From assembly GCA_051942205.1 (NCBI GenBank), contig JAVECO010000036.1:1-64000 (forward strand): a stretch of 64,000 nt of DNA. The letters run 5' to 3'. Of this stretch, positions 24,945-38,362 are shown in pieces (position 1 is the stretch's first letter; every line of letters begins with the position of its first letter). The notes beneath the pieces were generated by a model, which was not told the DNA's origin, searched no databases, and saw nothing but the letters and a program-made list of their open reading frames with translations. A program made the translations under genes and the position numbers. The DNA is from Coniocarpon cinnabarinum (taxonomy: Eukaryota).

Positions 24945-27900
24945 TAGAAGGCCGGCTTGTTACATGAATAAATGATCCACGACTCTGAACAGGCTTGAAT
25001 ATCACAGCAATATTCGTGGATGCAACAGCGTCTTGACCTGCTCTGAACACAATGGCGTCTTTGTGCAACCGTAGGAATCAACGTAGATTGATTCGGCGCC
25101 AACAAAGCCATCACTATAACGCATTGCACCATCTCTGCGTACCTCCAGCTGTAAGAGCTATACTCTGCATGCGCCTATCCCTGAGCCCCTGACAGGCAGC
25201 TTAGTAATACACCCAGCCACTGTCAACGACGTCTGAAAATTATCTTCGACCGCGTCGTAGAGTCTGTGAACAGAGGAAAGAAGGAGGACGCTTCAGGGGA
25301 TCTGGTGAACGGTGCATTACAATCCGCCGGCTTTGCATGCTTCGTCCCGGCGTGAACGTCTCTGAGGAGTCAATGACGCTGGCCAGCAGCAGCGACAAAA
25401 GTATCAGGCTCAACTATACAGACGAAATTAAAATCGATGCGCGCAACATTTGCATCACCCCTTCTGAGCCATTAGATGCGAAACCTCTGCATTCATGGGG
25501 CAGCGATTCGCTGTAGCTGCCTGCAAAGTCTGACGCATCCGCTTTATAAATGGCGATGCCTGATATGCCATTGCATGATACAGAAGCTGTAGCAGTCCAT
25601 ACGCTATTCCAACACAAGACAAGCCATTGAAGCGGCAAGCATCAATGCATTAGCGCATGGGTGTAGTTAAGAGGACTTTGCGCGAGCAGGGCAAGTTAAT
25701 TTGTGTTGACGAATTGACAGATTGGATCGGAGCCAATTACGACCCGCGTGGAAGGGGCAATATGATACTCATTCATCAATGCACGCTGTAATTCGTAATT
25801 GACGACGTTGGCATGTGTGGCGACGAAAGAAAATTGGATCATGTCGATCATCAGCGTACATCATCAACGTACAATTACGTGACAACCGATCTCAATCGAA
25901 GAGCAACTACTAATAGAGCAACTACTAATAGACAATGTGTTCACGAGTTATCAATTGAAATATGATCCTTTGACTGCTCAGCGTATATTACGATAGCACG
26001 TTCATGATACTATTGCATTGATGTGGCAGATAAATCTCGATCCGACGCTGCCCCATCCTATCTTCGCCTTCCCATCTATAATGATGATAGGTGTCGTCGC
26101 GTGCCTTGGTCACCTAGGAAGTCGAGAGAGCGCTGAGCTTCGTACGCACCCTCTCCAACATCGAATAAGCTGTTCGCTCAATGCCCTGCGGCCATTGCTC
26201 CTCGTCGTCAATGCAGGAGCTCAGATCCTGGACTGGTTGATCATTTCGAGACTTCGAGTCTTTCCGTAAGATGCATTTAAGAGAGAGTGTGATATCCCAA
26301 GGAAACATCCTATCAATGACCGCACATAGGTAAACATGTCGAGAACAGGCCGCGAGTTGCTCCAACGTGCAAGACTATTGAATACTCCGCGCGAGATATT
26401 AGGATGATACTTACTCTCATCCACAGCAAGCATGACAGCAGCAAGCGCGCGTCCAGTAATATTTTCGAGCCAGAGCTGAGGGGTCATACCCAGCTATCTT
26501 GTCTGCGCATCCTTGCTCGTTTGAGATTGACGCAACCAATTGCAGCAGCGGACTGGCGATCGTCAGCATCACGGAAAATGTTTGCGCACTTCTGGCAACA
26601 CAGCTGCACGTCGAATGAAAGTAGCACAAGATTGATACCACTGAAAATTATCCTGCATGCGGCTCAAGATGTTCCCCTACTCCCGATAGATCTTGGGTTA
26701 TTGCTGCCCCTCCCTTTTGCATCGGAAGAAATGGCTCATTGAATTGTCATCCCGCTGAGGTGTGAGGCTTCAAAGTCTATATGAATCAGATTTTTTGTGC
26801 TGATGGAATTCGAAATCGGGCACAAAAAGATACAACCAGCAATGCGAGGCGTAGAGATGAGCAAGCCACTATTGAGGGGCCTTGAAACTTCTGTTCGTCG
26901 TCATCGCAGCCTATCACGAGTTTAGCGAGTCAGATGATGGTGCCCGCCTTCAGTGATCAGACCAGAGAAACAGGTTCCCGTAAATATTGTCAGGATACTT
27001 GGGAGCGGAACGGCACGGCCGTGCTATATTGAACTTCCCTCTCTGGTTCTTCAACTTGTCTTTCGAAAGAGCTAGAGAAGTGCCCATTCTATACGCGTTT
27101 CTTTCTCGTAGACCTGAGTCTTCCTGCCCCACCTGATTTACTTGCCCAACAAGACCACAGATACATAAGTACCCTTGTCTGCGGGTCATTCATTTCGAAT
27201 GATTAAATTCTTTCCATCGAATGACTAATGACGAAAACACAAACGACTGGAAGGGGATTACTTCGATCCAAATGGCGCAGCATTTGCGTTCGGCGTGGAC
27301 ACTCATTTTCTTGTTCGATACCATTATGTATCCACGAAAACAATGCTGGTTATCGTCGCCGAACCCGTTATTCCATAGTCAAAGTGCACGTGCAAGACTG
27401 AAAAAGTTCAGAACAACAGTGAGATGCCCCTGCAGTCTGATTTGGTAGCTTTGGTATGTCGTATTGGAAAGGGTGTCGAGCTCCGATGATGCGAGGTGAG
27501 TTCCTTTCAAAAAGCAGAGATTGCATCTGAGGTCACTGAATGGTGTCCTAATGATGGTATGTTTTGGCCTCGGTGACAAACTGAGATCACTAGCAAGAGA
27601 CTCTCGTCAAAAAAGCCACAACAACGAAAAAAAGCTCGCGATCGTGTGAACCTCTGTGAATTCATCGCTCCTGTCGGCGGAGAAAAAATTAACAGCAATT
27701 CATCAACGTTCAAAGGGGCAACACTAGAGCTCAGTACAATATAGCAGACACCGCTCCATTTCTACAAGTCTCGGGTTGGATCATGTCTCGTAGCCTGACG
27801 ACAATTATCAGCAGTGCGCGGAGCCTGACAAAGCAAGTTCGAGGCGCATGTCAAGGCATGAACCCCTGTCGAGAATCAATGCGCGCCCCTCAAGCTGTGA

Positions 27901-28931
27901 GTCCGGCCGTGAAAGCGCTGTGCGATACAATGCACCAAATCGCGCTACATCATTTGCTTTTTTCTGTAGCTCTTGCAGTCTGTCACGCAACATTTGCGAA
28001 GCGAAATTGGTCACATAGACGTTTGCAACGTATCAGGTATTTTCTATTCAGGGTTTCCTGATGAAGACCGCAGAGGTCTCAGCTGCACGGCAAACTTCTA
28101 AAGACCATTCACATCCGTTAAGAAATTCAAATATCTTACGAACGATGTTCTGACGGCAAGGAAATGTGCTTCATTGGAGCATATGAACATGGCATTACGC
28201 CAGTATTTCGCTATTATGCGAATAGAGCAAAGGTACTGAAGCATGAGCTTACGTGGCGCAAGACTCAACCCCTGTCAGCCGTAGCATGGAACACTGACCA
28301 TGCTCGTCGCCATGAGTCTTTGCGATCGACATCACAATCCTGAGATATGCTGTATGTACTATGTTGTGAAGCTTTCTATTTGATCTCAAGAGCAGCCGTG
28401 GAGACATCATTCATTCCCGGTATTTTGCGTTATACACAGGGCCTCAAACCGATCTTCAGCTTTGAGGTGTATGGAGTGGCAGTACCGCTGAAGCATTTCG
28501 CAAAGCTGTGTGTATGTCATGGCGATGCAGGATCCATCACGCGGTCGCGATCTGCGGTCTCGACCCTTGCGGAAAGAGCGCCATGGAAGCAGATGCTGAC
28601 TCCTCCAAACTCGCGCACATCCTTCATGCCACTAGTCAATGCAATAACCCATGCTGCGTTCAATAGCTTCGTGCATTTGGTATAAAGCCAGTGAAAAGGT
28701 TTTCTCGGCAACTAGGCTACCCGCAATATCCGCACGTTCCGGTGCGACTGCAGATTCAACGCAATGGGGCAATCACTGTATTTGAACAATTAGGTTGGAT
28801 CAGATAGCAAGGACCTCACCCCTTACTACTTCATAGCAGATCCTTACAGCCCATAAGCTTACCTTCCGCGTCTTCAGTTCGTGGTCGGATTGTGACTTCA
28901 TCCTTCACCAATCTACTCAGCAGTCGCCAAA

Positions 28932-29909
28932 ATGCCGAAAGTGCTTATTCATGGAGCCACGGGCATCGTAGGAAAGGCACTAGCTCAAGCATTGGTTCGC
29001 TCCGGTAACCACAAAGTGTTCGGTTTAGCTCGAACAGAGGGAAAAGGCCATGCCCTTGCAGCCCTCGAGATTCACCCCGTGATTTGTCCAGACCCCATTG
29101 GCGATCCAAGTGTCTGGACCAAGGTTCTCCGCGAAGAGCGCATCGACCTTGTGGTTGATGCCGCAAGTTACAATCAAAACAGCCTGCAAGTGCTCGAACA
29201 TGTGAAAGAGTACGGAAAAGAGAAGATCGCAAGCGCTCAGGAAGATAATATTGTGCTTCCGCAAAAAGTTGGCTTTGTATACATTAGCGGTGGATGGGTA
29301 CACGGCGACTCCATGGAATCTGTGTCTGACATCGATCCGGTGGGAGTAGCATCAGCTCGAACGCCGCCAATGAGCGCAGCAGCAACCAGACCGAGCTGGG
29401 AACAAGCCGTATTGAAGAGTCGAGATGTTATTGATGTAGCGATTTGTAGGCCTTCCATCGTCTATGGCGCTACGTTCTGGGTACTGACCGCATTACTCAA
29501 CCCTGTTCTTCAAGCCAAAGGCGCTTCATCTGTTAATATCCCGACGATCGAGACATCATGGCCCTCATTCGTCCATGTCGAAGACCTTGCTGCTGGGATA
29601 CAGGGCGTCATCGAAAGACTGCAGATTTTGAACTCCGGTACAGTCTACCCAGTCTTTAACTTTGCTGGCAGTCAAGAAAACATGTCACAGATAGTGAGAG
29701 CAGCTGCAAAGGCTCTTCACTATAATGGGGAACTGGACTTTGTGGGACCAGGCGATGACATGTTTCTGCAAGCGCTGACTGCATCGTTCAATTTTGACTC
29801 GTCGCGAGCGAGAATGCTACTGGGTTGGGATCTCAAGAAGGTCGGCGTTATGCGCGACATTGGCACATACGTGATGACATGGAAGGCTAACTTGGAGAGT
29901 AAAACATGA
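28932..29909 (+). CDS. NAD(P)-dependent epimerase/dehydratase-like (atypical extended SDR), 325 aa
   Basis: N-terminal VLIHGATGIVG Rossmann motif, YISGGWVHG, RPSIVYG and FVHVEDLA; single exon. Confidence 0.9.
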   Translation: MPKVLIHGATGIVGKALAQALVRSGNHKVFGLARTEGKGHALAALEIHPVICPDPIGDPSVWTKVLREERIDLVVDAASYNQNSLQVLEHVKEYGKEKIASAQEDNIVLPQKVGFVYISGGWVHGDSMESVSDIDPVGVASARTPPMSAAATRPSWEQAVLKSRDVIDVAICRPSIVYGATFWVLTALLNPVLQAKGASSVNIPTIETSWPSFVHVEDLAAGIQGVIERLQILNSGTVYPVFNFAGSQENMSQIVRAAAKALHYNGELDFVGPGDDMFLQALTASFNFDSSRARMLLGWDLKKVGVMRDIGTYVMTWKANLESKT

Positions 29910-30278
29910 GCCAAGGCATTGTCATTGCCATCACTGCTGCTGCCTACGTGAGATATTCAAGTTCGAAAAGTTGTAACGAGAGAGATCCAGAGAGCTACGT
30001 ACAGCCTCGTTGTTTTCATGACGAATTTGATCTCGTAGAATTCAACTCAGGAGGAGAATGGCATATCATAAGCTTGATATAGCCTCTCGACGTCCGGCGG
30101 AGTCGAATCGAGCCAATGCGTGTGGGCGTGGCCGTCAATGTCGCGTGAACTTATGTCGTGATCTTTGGCCCGGGCAGGGTAGTCTGAGATAAACCACTGC
30201 AACGCTCGTCGAAAACGCGGACCTTGCAATGTGCAAAGCGCTTTGATATGATGTAGCGCTGTTCTCCAGTGTCACAGC

Positions 30279-30890
30279 ATGGCTCAGCCCACAGTACGTC
30301 AGTAGACATTACAGAAATTATTTCCCTATGACAGCTTTCCACTTTGCTACATTTTGAGCAATAACTAACGTCCATCAGCCCGAAGAGACAACACGCCTTT
30401 TGACACGAATCGCGCAAAAGCCCGGAGTCAGCAGCACATTGATTCTCTCTCGCTCAACGGGCGCAGTGGTGCGGACTTCTGGCCTAATATCGGCCCCTGA
30501 GGATGATACTGCGAATGGGAACACCAGTCAAGATGGACCTTCCACGTCGAGCGTGACGCAAACAACCCGTAACAGTACCCTTAGTACTGCGAATGGCGAG
30601 AATGCAGGCAGTCGCAATGGCACAAGAGACGCGAATGAAGTCGCCAAACTAGTATGGAACTTCTTCAAACATGCTGGAGACACGGTCGACGGAATGTTTG
30701 GAAGTGGGCCTGAGGGCGAGGGAGGAGATGAAGTCAAGCTCGTGCGGTTACGGACGAGGAAAAGCGAGGTAGTGGTTGTACCAGGTGAGAAGACCTTGAC
30801 ATGCAGCTCTGCCTGAAGAGAGACCAACTGACACCGATGACAGATGTTAAATTCTTGCTTTGCGTTATCCATGATACCCCTGCTGCATGA
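30279..30890 (+). CDS. Roadblock/LC7 family dynein light chain-related protein (about 155 aa). Exons 30279-30293, 30379-30784, 30844-30890
   Basis: LLTRIAQKPGVSSTLILSRSTGAVVR and DEVKLVRLRTRKSEVVVVP|DVKFLLCVIHD; canonical introns with CTAAC/CTGAC branch sites. Confidence 0.85.
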
Positions 30891-31575
30891 TATCTCACCA
30901 ACGGAGGACAGAGGTCGAGGAACTTGTGGTCCAATGGGATGCTCAGCCATAGCGTCTGACTCTAGCGTCATTCTCCCTTTTTAGACTACGAGAAGTAGAC
31001 AAAGTCGTAAAGGTGCACCCACGAGCTGCCATCTACATGCACCCGTCGCAGCGAATGACCACAAGGGTTATTGATAAAGTCGTTGCCGGGCAACACTTTC
31101 AGCGACGAGCCCGCACGAAAAGAACGATTCGGGGGAAAAAGCTATGAGTACAACGGCAAAAGCCCTCTGCAACTCACATCGAACTGAATTGTGGTGCGGC
31201 AAGTGCTCTCCTAAGAGGCCCTTACAAAGTCTTATGGTCGGGCGATAGGCTTTCAAATTGAATCAACCTACAAACGACCACTCCCACAGAGATCGGGTGA
31301 GGCCCTCGCGACCACCATGAAAGATCAACTCAAAAACTTGACCTTGAACGTTCATCAGGTCTCAGAGATCGTCACGAGCAGCCACCAAACTGGCAACTTT
31401 CCGCCGACTGGACTCAGACGTGCGCTGATGTTAAGTCTCTAAAGAAATATGAGAATAGCACGGTTTTTGTCGTAGTGGCAAGGACTGGGAAACCAGCCTC
31501 CTGTCCCGCGTCTGTTAAGCGCCAGTCATCGTTGCCGCTACGCTGTCGCATGAAAGCGGCGGGACGTGGCCAATC

Positions 31576-33238
31576 CTACTCTTGCTTGTCACAGCTACTG
31601 CATTTGACGTGCTGGCAGCCCGATTCGAGGCAACGATCAAGAACCATGGGATTAGGACCGTTCTTGCACTGACAGCAAAACCATTGTACTCCTCCCATTT
31701 CACCGCACTCTTCTACACAGCTACTGCATTTGAAGTGTTGGCAATTCGATTCGGCGCAACGATCATAAAGCCAGCAGTAGGGACCATTCTTACACTGACA
31801 GCAGAACCATCCTGATCCTTGCCCTCCCCCTCCCCTGTGAGAGGAAAAGGCATGATGAGCTGGATTCCGAAAGGCCTCAGCCGCAGCAAAGTGCAATGTG
31901 TTACGTGTAAAACTTGCAGGACGCTCATCTGGAAGTGGAAGTTCGCCACGAGACATTCCAGATGCTCGATGCTTTCGATGATCAGCTGTCTCTTCTACTC
32001 TAGTGACATGACACTTAGTATTGCTGCCTGCTGTGCTACTAATGACCTAAGTTAGTAGCAATTGAGAATACTGCAACAGCTATGACTCACTGGTGAAACA
32101 CCGGCGTGCGGTTCAAGTAATGCTTGCGAACAGGTAAAACATGTCGACATGTGGGTCTCTGAGAGATTGTTGTGAAATTCCATCGCCATTTGTAACGGCT
32201 GTCCTGCTTTGACTATAGTCCTCCAGGCATCACTTCGATTGAGGTGGCTCTGGGTACGGCTGTCAAGCAAGCAGAACTCCTTTGCCTGAATTTTGCGATG
32301 TCCTGGCTTGCATCGAAAGTGATATTCCATGATGGCATCAAAAGCCCCCCAGGAATTGATTAGCTCGAGATGGAACCTGAATTCTCGGCCTAGTGCATCG
32401 GTCAACAAGCATGTACCTAACGAGACGTAGCGTTCATTAATGAGGTACGAAAGCTTCGTGTTGATCGACAGCAGCAGACTGTACGAATCAAATGTACACG
32501 CTTGTATTCTCGACATTATTGCTGTGAGTTTTTCACCAAATCTGAGGAGCCATGCACGCTGCGATGCCGCATACACAGCGCTCAAAGCAATGTATGTTCG
32601 TCGAGACACGTCCATCGACTCGTCAATGCGAGAGAGAATGGAGCTTAGAAACCCTTGTTGGGCTGCTTCTGCCGTCCGAGCTGTTGTATCTGATTCTTCT
32701 AGCATCCTTTGAGTTGTTGCATGGCTTTGCTCATTGATAGTACTGGTATGCAAGTATCAGCATCAGGGTCGCTCAATACGACTGAACGCAACATTACTTA
32801 CATGTTCCACAGTTCCACAAGTGTTTGTAATGATGATGTCTGCGCAAGGAGCTGTGATTGAAACGCTTGTGCATCCTCCTTCTTCAGCAGTCTCCATTGT
32901 ACCTTTCTTACGCCGTCAACGATCTTTCGGCCGCTGCCGCCCTCTCGTAAGCTTTGTTGGTATTTCCTAACTTGCGCCAAAAACTCCTCAGCAGACTCTT
33001 GGCAGCCTGCAGCGACGCGAATAGTTGAAGCTCTGAGCGCATCAAGGCCGGGCGAAGGCTCATGGCGGCATAGAAGGAGATGCACTTCCTGTAAGACGCT
33101 TCCTAGGCTTTGGAGCTGTCGGACAAGCTTGCGGAAGTCGTGGGCCGCGCCACGGCTGTCGTTCAGAGCTTCGACGAGCTCCTTGATGAGCTTGGTCAAC
33201 GCGATGATATCGCCCACTGACCCACATGTCACAGGCAT
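31576..33238 (-). CDS. HeLo-like/SesA-type N-terminal domain + fungal ubiquitin-like domain + two Cys/His-rich repeats (about 519 aa). Exons 33238-32802, 32742-32091, 32046-31576
   Basis: N-terminal GSVGDIIALTKLIKELVEALNDSRG is typical of fungal STAND N-terminal domains. LTDALGR..LELINSW..F..HF...PG.RKI matches the fungal ULD pattern. Introns 32801-32743 and 32090-32047 fuse three ORFs in frame. Confidence 0.8.
31591..31809 (-). repeat. Intragenic duplication: two 93-nt Cys-rich units with a 126-nt period
   Basis: WFCCQCKNGPYCWLYDRCAESNCQHFKCSSC (31809-31717) versus WFCCQCKNGPNPMVLDRCLESGCQHVKCSSC (31683-31591); 23 of 31 aa identical. Confidence 0.9.
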
Positions 33239-34587
33239 TTCGTTGTTAGGTGTGCGCTCACAAAGAGAAGTGATAGACCTTGCAAAGGGAACGAACCGCG
33301 TTGATGATTGTGTTATGGGGTTAGGTATGCCCTGGGAAGTGGGCAGGATGCCTCCCAGGACGCATGTGAGCGAGAAGTGTGGCTATGTTGCATGCTGTAT
33401 GCCTTATGAACTTCCAGCGGTGTACATGGGAATACCGACCGTACAAGCCCCATGGAGGTCAGTACAAAGGTCACAACCATGCCGACAAGGGCCTGATAGC
33501 AAAGTACTTGCCACCTGATATTTTAGCATCTTACGAGCTATACAGAAGTCTGGCCGTTGTACTCATGACTTTGGGATTCGAATTGTTCTCAACGTATAGG
33601 CTCGTCGTCTAGACTGTGATCTGGCAACGACTCTTTTTCGCGACCCTTGCGGTCAAAGTCTGGGAGCAAAGGATACACGAGCGCAAACCCACACGGCGGC
33701 TTCACAAGTAAGCAGAGCGCAGGCAAGTAAGCTCAGTATACATCCTCGCAATGAAGATCACTCGTGAACAACACACGATGGCTCGACTGTACTAGAGAAG
33801 GACATGAAGTGCAAACCGGTTTGAGGCATGTCAAAGGTTGATGGGGACGAGACCAGAGGGTTGGTTACATGATCAAGTCGAATTGGAGATACCTACTTTG
33901 CGTCTTTGACGCCTCTTCGTCATGAAAATTCACAGGCACGTCAAGGTACACAGGAACACTTTGTGACTTGATATGTACAACTGCAAATGCAGCGCAAGAA
34001 GACAAGGTAACGTCATTGGCCACGCTAGCGAGGATCACGACTCATGTCGTTTAGAGACATTGGACTCATCTCGACTTGCTGGGTAGGCTCCATGAAGACG
34101 CAGATGTCGTCTCGAGAGCATGTTAGAGTCTTGCTCCATAAGACCCCTTTCGCCTGACCAAGTCATCTACCAAGATACCTATCATTCATGCTCGTCAAAG
34201 CCATACACGCTACGCACGTGCCGAACCATTGCAAAGAGCCGAAAGAAGCCTCGGCGTTGGTGACACGCCAGCGACGTCGATCCACTCTTCTTGGACGTTA
34301 CGACGCACCATTCCCCACTAAGTCCTGGCTTCTCCGCATCAAATACTATCCTTGTCAGGTCTGATATCGTTGAACCCGTCCCGAGTCGCCGGCGAGACCA
34401 GCTTCCGATCCAATGGCCGCAAGGTCCGTCATGGCTTGCAATGCTAGTATGAAAGGCGCTCGAGGTCGACGTCTTGCTCGACTCTTTGATTCTGCTGTGC
34501 TTGCGCCTGACTGAAGCTTCACCACACGAGCGAGAAAGCAAAGCAAGAAGCGGAGGTTGAACAGCCGGAAATCAACTTGCTGTCGCC

Positions 34588-36276
34588 ATGTCTCTTTCGT
34601 TGGCCACCGTCCTGGCCTTGCTGGCTCTGCTTCAGACCAGCCTTGCGCAAGCTGCTGCGGGCTTTCAGGTCGGCCAAGCAGTCAACACTACGAGTGGTGA
34701 GCCTGTCTCATGTGCTTGCTCTGCACGAGCTTTGTATTGACGTAGGTCGCAGGAATTGTCATCGGCCACCGCGCCAAAAACGCTACGCAAGTCAGCGAGT
34801 ACTTGGGTATACCCTTTGCGCATCCACCAGTTGGCGACCTGCGTTTTGCGCCACCCGTGCCATACACAGGAGATGATAGCATCAACGCTGCCAGCTTTGG
34901 ACATGACTGTCCTTCAATGGCATCGTCCGTACCGGGCTTTCTGCAGCCTCCTTCGTTGTACAACATCCTCGCCCAGCTTGCACAGGTCGGCGATGACCAG
35001 CAAGAGGACTGCCTCTACATCAATGTGTGGTCCAAGCCGCAGACCGGCTCTGCATCGAAGCCAGTCTTGGTCTGGATCTACGGCGGAGGCTTCAACATTG
35101 GTGGCACAAACAGCTCGGCATATAGTGGACAGTTCTGGGCAGACACTGAAGACGTCGTCTTCGTCAACTTCAATTACCGTCTAAATATATTCGGCTTCCC
35201 AGGGGCGCCCAATCTTGAGCAAAACGTTGGTTTGTTGGACCAGCGTGTGGCCATCGAGTGGGTGCGCGACAACATTGCAGCTTTCGGCGGCGATCCATCG
35301 CGTATCACAATCTTTGGACAATCTGCTGGCGGTGAGACTTGATGAGCTGCACTTGTCATTGTTGAGTGCGTGGCGCTAATACATCGGTGCAGGAGCTTCC
35401 GTTGATCTCTACAACTACGCGCACACCGAGGACCCCATCATCGCAGGCTCGATATCCCAATCGGGCACTGCAGATTCGTTCGGAAACCTGATGCCCTCAA
35501 CGGCCAATGACTCATGGTACCAAACGGCCGCCAAAGTCGGCTGCGGTCAGGAAGACGCTGATGCTGTGCTGGCTTGCATGAGATCTCCCAACACCACCAT
35601 GGACAGCCTAGTCCAGGCAGAGAACTCAGGCAGCGGCCTCGCCAGTGTCCAGGGCATCTTCGGTCCCACCATAGACAACAAAACAGTGTTCTACAATTAC
35701 ACCGACCTCGCGTTCCAGAATAAGTACATCCAGAAACCATACCTCTTCGGCAACAACTACTATGAAGCGGGCTTGTTCATCCTTCTCGCGATCGGAGCAG
35801 GCGAGAACGTAACAATGGACGAGTGGACGGGTTTCAACGCCGGCGAGTTCACGTGTCCCGAAAGCACCGCAGCCATCTTCCGCTCATCCTCAGGCCTCCC
35901 AACCTGGCGCTACATCTACAAAGCCGAGTTCCCCAATGAGAAGCTCCCCACGAGTATGGACGAGGCATGGCATGGCGCTGAGATCTTGCCCATGTTCGGG
36001 AGCAGCGAGGAGGTGTCGCAGGCGGATTCCACATGGCAAGAGCGCGCCATGGGGTCGTACATGCGCGGAGCCTGGGCGGCGTTTGCGCATGACCCTGCGA
36101 ATGGACTGAATGTTTACGGATGGAAGCAGTATTCCAACGTGACGGACAGTGTCATTCAGCTTGGGTTTGATAATACGTCGAGTACCACGTTTAGTGTGTT
36201 TCCGTCGTACAACTCGACGGGTGCATATAATACGCTGTGTCCCACATTCCCGTATGGTGGTGCTGCTAATAGGTAG
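34588..36276 (+). CDS. Secreted type-B carboxylesterase/lipase (about 523 aa). Exons 34588-34696, 34753-35331, 35393-36276
   Basis: Signal peptide MSLSLATVLALLALLQTSLAQ; YLGIPFA, EDCLYINVW, WIYGGGF, nucleophile GQSAG, acid NNYYEAG, histidine AWHGAE. Confidence 0.93.
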
Positions 36277-36757
36277 TAATAGACTAATGTGTAAAGCCAT
36301 GTACAGCATATAGAGCCTCACGTAGGAATCGCATAACTTGCACAAGCACGCCATCATGAGGCTTTTCTTCAGACTGTGCCTGGCATGGTGCATTCAAGGG
36401 TAACCGCAAAGCAGCCACTCAGGCGACCAGCTGCGTAGACCTTGTGGCGCCATCCTGTCTTGGGGCTTGGTATCCTCCATCCTGGTCCCAAATCCTTGTT
36501 AAGCCTGAGCTATCTGCAAGCTGTGACCTCATCTGAGCTTCCCAGATCAGCAGCATGTGAAGCACCTCGCGGCAGGTACAAATCTTCCGCCTGCACGACG
36601 CCGATCGAGGTACCAGGGCATGAAATTGGCATGATATGAGCGAGGCGGTGCAATGATGACGAAGCTGCTTTCGAATGACTTTAAGATCTTGTAGAGTGTG
36701 CCTTGGAGAAGTAGCAACAGTAACCGTTGATGCGCTGGATTGTTTACGGTAATGACA

Positions 36758-38362
36758 ATGTTTATTAGATCACTCTTCTTACTTGCTATACTTAATTGTG
36801 TATCTCTAATACAAGGAGCACCATGGACTGCTCCCTCACGAGCTGTCCCCATGCATCTATCTCCGCGCGCACCACTAGAAGAACCGAAACCAGACCTCTA
36901 CACAACCTTATGCGAAGCCCCCCTCATCAAAAGCGTCTTCGACCAAGCTCACCTCCCCTACAACGAGCTCGGCGCAACCGTCTTCGCACTCCTCTACGCT
37001 TACGGCCTGACCGAATTTAATGTCTTCATCCGCGGCCCAGCAGGCCTATCTTTGATCGGCACGAATAGTCTGCTCGATGTCGGAACGCTGGTTATGCCGG
37101 GACAGGCGACGGTCATTAGACCTAATGTCGACACCATTTATGCGGCTGCGATTGTGGATCTGTCGAAAGAGGGTTTGGTGGTCACGCTGCCAGAGATGGA
37201 GGCAGATCGATATTATGCTTTTTCGTTTTTTGACCCGTAAGTGCCGTATGATGTTTGAGAGATGAGCGTGGCTGAGATACTTAGGTATGGTGACAACTTC
37301 GCGACGATTGGAAGTCGGTATGCTAGCAAGTCTGGCGAGTACTTGCTTCGATCTTCAGTGGGCACGGGCGAAGCGGGTATCACGACGAAGGACTGCTCCA
37401 GCTACGAGAATTGTATCGAGTCGCCGACATACAACGGTGTCCTTTTGATACGGGTCGAAGTCAAGCAGAACAGCACGGCCGAGCTCAACTATGCGAACTC
37501 TTACATCCGCTCCATCCAGCTCAACGCGACAAATGAGCGCGATTCCTCAATATCACCTCTCACGCCCGCCGACGTCAACGTCTCGTCGTCATTCCCAGAA
37601 GCAACGCTCCAGCTCCTCGCAAATCTCGGCCCACGCAACCCACCACAAAACCAAGCCCTCGCGGAACAGCTACCTAGTGTCCTGGCCTACGCCGGCATCA
37701 GCAACAACAAATATACACCTCTACCCAGCGTCAATCTCACACAAGCCTACACCCTCCTCAACGACACACTCACAACCTTCTACGCCTCACCCACAAGCCG
37801 CGATATCCTCTCCAACGGCTGGACAACCCTCTCAAGCTCTTACATCGGCAGCTACGAAAACGGCACCGCAATCCTCGGCCGCGCCTTCGTCGCCGCGCAA
37901 GGCTACGGCGCCAACACCCCCGATCAAAGCATCTACCCCTCCCCTTCAAACTTCACTTACAGCTTACCATCCTCCCAAAGCTTACTCCTCACCTTCAACG
38001 GCAAGCCGCCCTTACTTCCAGACGGGTTCTGGAGCCTCACATTGTATAACGATAATGGGGCACTGGTTCAGAATCCAGTGGGGGTCTATGCGCTAGGTGA
38101 TCGCAGCGGTCTGACGTACGCGGACGGCTCGCCTGTGTATGGTGCAGAGACGGGCGGGGACAGAGATGCCGAGGCGTTTCAAATCCTGGTGCAGGCTGCG
38201 GATGTCACTCCGCCCGCGAACTGGACGACGAATTGGTTACCTGCCCCGGCGGGTGGTGGGAGTTTCCAGATTACGCTGAGGTTTTACTCGGAGGAGGAGG
38301 CGTTGCTGACCGGGGAGTATGTGTATCCGGGGGTGGGCGTGGTGGATGCGATTGTTCATTAA
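36758..38362 (+). CDS. Secreted DUF1254/DUF1214 domain protein (about 518 aa). Exons 36758-37236, 37285-38362
   Basis: Signal peptide; VIRPNVDTIY..DLS..P....RYY.FSFFDP|YGDNF (DUF1254 pattern); GFWSLTLY, LGDRS and NWLPAP..F.ITLRFY (DUF1214 pattern). Start could be 36752. Confidence 0.88.

Noticed and set aside
25847..25932. Two short tandem duplications (13 bp and 15 bp)
   Set aside because: Ordinary slippage products; no associated element ends.
26114..26487. HPNI and RKDSKSRN, suggesting a kinase pseudogene
   Set aside because: The motifs are in different frames, HPNI lies just after a GTAAGT donor (probably intronic), and other kinase motifs are absent.
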